Both the position numbers and the translations under genes were made by a program. 32,000 bases of DNA from Desulfocapsa sulfexigens DSM 10523 (GTDB taxonomy: Bacteria > Desulfobacterota > Desulfobulbia > Desulfobulbales > Desulfocapsaceae), in NCBI RefSeq assembly GCF_000341395.1, contig NC_020304.1:1920001-1952000 (forward strand), written 5' to 3'. Shown here one piece after another: positions 28,249-32,000 of this stretch. Below the pieces are notes generated by a model, which was not told where the DNA came from, ran no database searches, and saw only the letters and a list, made by a program, of their open reading frames with translations. Each line of letters begins with the position of its first letter. Position 1 is the stretch's first letter.

Positions 28249-28860
28249 GGCGTCCTCCCTTTGAAAGTGTAAAATTAAACTTCTTCTACTGGTTTAATTG
28301 TAAGTCATAAAAAAAGTAAAATCTATGGTACTTTGGTACAGTATTGATGTCTTTAGAATAAGTTCGTGCGAAATTGCATGTACATTTTGTGGACGCAGAG
28401 CAATGTTTGGCAGGGAGGTGAGAAAGGTTGAAGGGGACGAACATGTATCCGCTACTATCTACTTGGATTATTCCGGAGCTACTAAACCATGATATAGAAG
28501 ATCTCTATCACCCAAGAATTTAGAAAATATAGGGCGACAAATGAATTAAGATGTCCATCGAAGTGGTCAGGAAAAGAGAGATCCTACCGGAATCCCAAGG
28601 GATCTTGTGCCATGACCACTGGAGGTCTTATTGCACTTTACATTACTCATGCAAAGTGCAATGCCCACTAACCTACGGAAGATGGATAAAGCTTGGTAGC
28701 AGGATGCCAACAGTAAGCACAGTTAAGCTCCAAAATTGATCAAGGAAATCAGTTCAATAAGGTTACCCATGAAGCTGGGCTGCTTGGAACTCGGTAGTGT
28801 GGAGGATTTCTGCATACGCCACCTGGACCTCTTTGAGAATCACAAAGGAAACCTGGCTAT

Positions 28861-30819
28861 TCAGTTCAGCTCGGTGGGGTTATCAAGGTAATATCCCTGA
28901 ATACCGTCGATATTGAGATCACACAATGCCTGATACTGCGCTTCTTCTTCTACCCCCTCGGCAATAACCAGGATATCAAGGCTATGAGCCACACCGGTCA
29001 ATGCACCAATGAAGAAATGATTGTTACTGTCTTCTTTGAGTTCATCAATGAAGGCTCGATCTATTTTGACATATCTGGGCTGTAGGGATTTTAAATACCC
29101 AAAATTGGCAAAACTCTGCCCAAAATGATCAAGGCCGACAAAGTGCCCTAATGCTTTTACCTCTTTTGCAAAATCCTGGAGAATATTCAGTTCTTGAGTC
29201 GCATTAAACTCAGCAAATTCAAAGATGATCCTCGGTGCTCCCGGAGGCATTTGTTTGAGGCTGGATAAAAGCCAGGCGGTAAACGATACATCTTTAAGGG
29301 AAGATGGAGAAATATTGACAGCAAGTTCATTGGAGTGCAACTTTCCACTATCAACAAGCATCGCTTTTTCAATGACGATTTTGTCGATAGAGGATATACA
29401 CCGTAGTCGTTCTGCCAGGGGGATGAAGATGCCGGCATTAAGCATTTGACCTGTCGGCAAGGGTATCCGCGCTAAAATTTCCCTATGCATAAGCTGTTTC
29501 AAGTTGCTGCTCATGACCACGGATTGGCTAAACAGAGTAATATCTTTATTGTCCAGGATCTGGTTCAGAAGAAGCTTCCATTCGTGCTCTCCACGTGGGG
29601 TAATGGCAGGTTCAGCGGAAAGTAATTCAACGATCCAGGTGTTTGGTCCCTGGTTTTGTGCTGCTCTCAAAATTTGATCGGCCTCGGAGAGCAGTTCCTT
29701 AAGGGATGTCACTTGTTCATAAATGACACCTCCTACATGTCCAACGTTTTCAGAGGACCCAACGTCTTCAATGGCCAAGCTGGCAAAGCCTCTGGTTATT
29801 GCTGCGGCTACATGACGTGCATCTTCCTCTGTAACATCCGGTAAAAAAACTGCAAAACTGCCTCCTGAAATATGTGCGAGTGCGGAATTTTTCAGCCCTC
29901 GTGTCGCTTCACGAATACAGTTCGCAACCTTCTGGAGGAGTTGGTTTCCGCGTAAATACCCTTTTTCCTGGTTGAGCTCCAGGAGATTATGAACCTGGAC
30001 AAGTAAAAATGCTCCCTTAATAGAAGCGGTATCACTCTTATCCATTCTAGCCGCCACCTGTCCCTGCAGGTAGCGCCTGTTGCCTAATCCGGTCAAAGCA
30101 TCACTATAGGCATTTTTCCTCAATCTGTTCGCCACCCGCGCCTGTTCATCGAACATCTTTTTCACTTTAGCGGTCATGCTATTCATCGCAACAACAACCC
30201 GTCGCAGTTCACGGGTTCTCGGGAGCTTCTCTTGGAATGTGTACTGTTTTTTGCAGAGGGCCTCTGCCTGCTGTTCAACCCGCCGTAAAGGCTTGAGCAG
30301 GGCTCGCAAGCCAAGGGCGCCCAGCACTATCACAATAACACCTGTAACGCCAAAAATTTTTGTCATATTACAGATGGCTTCCCAGAGTGTTTTATAGGCA
30401 TACCCCGGGTGACTTTCCACATAGAGACTGCCTCTCTGTGTCCATCCTGCAGTTAGCAGTGTACTGGCACCTGGAGTTTTTAAGGGGACAGCTCTTATAA
30501 ACCAGGCCGGAACATCGTTGATAATGACCTTAAGGGTTCTATCTATATGGACTGTATCATCCAGGTCAGTGAGCCGAATTGTACGATAATACCCACGATC
30601 AAAAACAACATTGATCATGGTTTCGATTGTAGCCATATCGTTCTCAGCAATATAGGGGGTGATCGATAATCCTAGAGAGGTTGCTGTATCCTGGGCATGG
30701 GATTCGAGCTGGTCTTCAAGAAAAGAACGTGTACCCTGGAGTTTGATGATCCATGTACAGGTGAAAAGAACAAAAAAGAGTACTAATGTAAATATGAGCA
30801 GTTGTCTGTAAAGTGTCAT
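28861..30819 (-). CDS. lapD: LapD-like c-di-GMP receptor (TM-periplasmic-HAMP, degenerate GGDEF and EAL)
   Basis: Two TM segments around a periplasmic domain, HAMP-like region, SDALTGLGNRRYL, degenerate GGSFA for GGDEF and REILAR for EAL(L)R; adjacent to lapG. Confidence 0.88.
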   Translation of the reverse strand: MTLYRQLLIFTLVLFFVLFTCTWIIKLQGTRSFLEDQLESHAQDTATSLGLSITPYIAENDMATIETMINVVFDRGYYRTIRLTDLDDTVHIDRTLKVIINDVPAWFIRAVPLKTPGASTLLTAGWTQRGSLYVESHPGYAYKTLWEAICNMTKIFGVTGVIVIVLGALGLRALLKPLRRVEQQAEALCKKQYTFQEKLPRTRELRRVVVAMNSMTAKVKKMFDEQARVANRLRKNAYSDALTGLGNRRYLQGQVAARMDKSDTASIKGAFLLVQVHNLLELNQEKGYLRGNQLLQKVANCIREATRGLKNSALAHISGGSFAVFLPDVTEEDARHVAAAITRGFASLAIEDVGSSENVGHVGGVIYEQVTSLKELLSEADQILRAAQNQGPNTWIVELLSAEPAITPRGEHEWKLLLNQILDNKDITLFSQSVVMSSNLKQLMHREILARIPLPTGQMLNAGIFIPLAERLRCISSIDKIVIEKAMLVDSGKLHSNELAVNISPSSLKDVSFTAWLLSSLKQMPPGAPRIIFEFAEFNATQELNILQDFAKEVKALGHFVGLDHFGQSFANFGYLKSLQPRYVKIDRAFIDELKEDSNNHFFIGALTGVAHSLDILVIAEGVEEEAQYQALCDLNIDGIQGYYLDNPTELN

Positions 30820-30834
30820 ACACCGAACCTCACG

Positions 30835-31701
30835 TTATTGTATACTGGCAGGCATTCTCTCAAGCAGGTCATTCCATAATTTGAGTCTGTCACTTTTTCC
30901 CACCAGGTCACCTCTGCCTCGCTCTTTTGCCAGCCACAGTCCAGCACCATTGAAACTGTATACAGGAAGCAGGTCTGATCTTTGTGTTGCTGGCTTAATG
31001 GCATTGATAAGATTATCGAGAACCAAAGGCACAGCAGTGGGTGTTTTATAATAGGTAAGCACCATATGACTTTGATTTAATTTCCAGGCCTTAACATACG
31101 TCAGGGTAAGTTTTTTCTCAGGAACCCCCAACATCTTCAGAGTAAAATATTTTGAAAGGGCAAAATCTTCGCAGTCGCCGCCATCACTTGCAAGAAACTC
31201 TACCGGAGTGGCCCAATAATCTTTTTTTGACCAATGTATTGCATCACTGACAAAATTGAGTTGATTAAAGAATCTGTTTACTTTTTCCAGCTTTTCAATA
31301 TCGGTACGACTCGTATCTTCACGGACAAACTGCTGCCAGGCCAGAAGTCTTTTTCTTGCATCAACACCATATTTATCCTCAGCAGTATCGAGTAAAGATG
31401 AATCAAGTGTGAAAATTTCGTTGGCTGAGGCAATCTGGCCTGCAAAAAAAAAGAGTAAGAACACAAATGCGAAGGGTAGTAGAGTGTTGTTGGCAAATTT
31501 GAGGACGGAGCTACTGCGGGAAAGGACTAGTTGAATAATTGTTAATGGTGCGTTAACGGAATTTAATACAATTGCGCCATATCGATTGCTGGATCGGCTC
31601 TGCAACAAACCGTTGCCATCAATCATGAGTAAATCCCTGAAGTATAACGGGATACAATAAATACGGTCCTCAAACTGGCCATCCATTGTATCCCGCTTCA
31701 A
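30835..31701 (-). CDS. lapG: LapG-like periplasmic cysteine protease (BTLCP)
   Basis: GGDCEDFALSKYFTLKMLG (Cys), NQSHMVLTYY (His), LVLDNL (Asp) triad context. An internal hydrophobic signal suggests the true start is downstream of the ORF-track start. Confidence 0.9.
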   Translation of the reverse strand: MKRDTMDGQFEDRIYCIPLYFRDLLMIDGNGLLQSRSSNRYGAIVLNSVNAPLTIIQLVLSRSSSVLKFANNTLLPFAFVFLLFFFAGQIASANEIFTLDSSLLDTAEDKYGVDARKRLLAWQQFVREDTSRTDIEKLEKVNRFFNQLNFVSDAIHWSKKDYWATPVEFLASDGGDCEDFALSKYFTLKMLGVPEKKLTLTYVKAWKLNQSHMVLTYYKTPTAVPLVLDNLINAIKPATQRSDLLPVYSFNGAGLWLAKERGRGDLVGKSDRLKLWNDLLERMPASIQ

Positions 31702-31719
31702 TCCAAAAAATCTTTTTTA

Positions 31720-32000
31720 TCTTATTGCTTTTCTGATACAACAAGAGGGCCAATAGATACCTGACTCTCTTCTGGCCACTCCTTATCAAAAGACTTAACC
31801 AGTTGTCCCAAACCATTCAAAATACGGTATTGGGCGTACAATCCATCATATCTGGCTTCAACCAGAGCTCGTTTGGCGTCAATGACCTCGGCCTCACTAT
31901 CAAGAACATCAAGTAAAGTCCGTTTGCCAAGATTAAATTGTTTGGTATATGCATCAGCAGTACCGGTGGCAAAATCGACTCGTTGCTCCAGATAGTTAAT
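31720..32000 (-). CDS. TolC-family outer membrane efflux/secretion protein (LapE-like), C-terminal part, truncated by window end
   Basis: Minus-strand translation NYLEQRVDFATGTADAYTKQFNLGKRTLLDVLDSEAEVIDAKRALVEARYDGLYAQYRILNGLGQLVKSFDKEW...; FNLGKRTLLDVLDSE is typical of TolC-like proteins. Confidence 0.88.

Overview
The window carries a housekeeping segment and a biofilm/surface-secretion island. The gene content suggests a Desulfobulbales-like deltaproteobacterium, but that is inference only. In order: C-terminal part of Lon, a DUF3465-like protein, DgkA, AzlD/AzlC, EF-P, EpmA, a short unannotated multi-UGA gene (4939-5271), YgiQ, an endonuclease III-exonuclease III fusion, and two LuxR-type regulators. 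The rest is an almost complete LapA-style adhesin system: LapB/LapC type I secretion genes at 10.2-13.7 kb, and adhesin, LapD, LapG and LapE on the minus strand at 26.6-32 kb. Two observations stand out. (1) 4939-5271 reads as a 110-aa peptide if three in-frame UGAs are selenocysteine. Each UGA sits in an S-G-U-G motif. Each is followed, at exactly the same offset (+17 nt), by a 6-bp hairpin with a 5-nt AG-starting loop, and the stems covary. It looks like a selenocysteine-containing RiPP precursor of the type called selenobiotic/SbtA, with no maturase in the window. (2) A 554-aa mini-LapA has a retention module, a TAAG LapG-type cleavage site, TTTP/TETP repeats and an uninterrupted run of 256 Asp codons. 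Between it and its LapBC genes lie three GNAT-like genes (two in tandem), a nucleotidyltransferase-APH-kinase fusion, a Mur-ligase-CapA fusion and an alpha/alpha-toroid protein. These could form a polymer-synthesis or protein-modification system acting on the poly-Asp surface protein. That functional link is a hypothesis.
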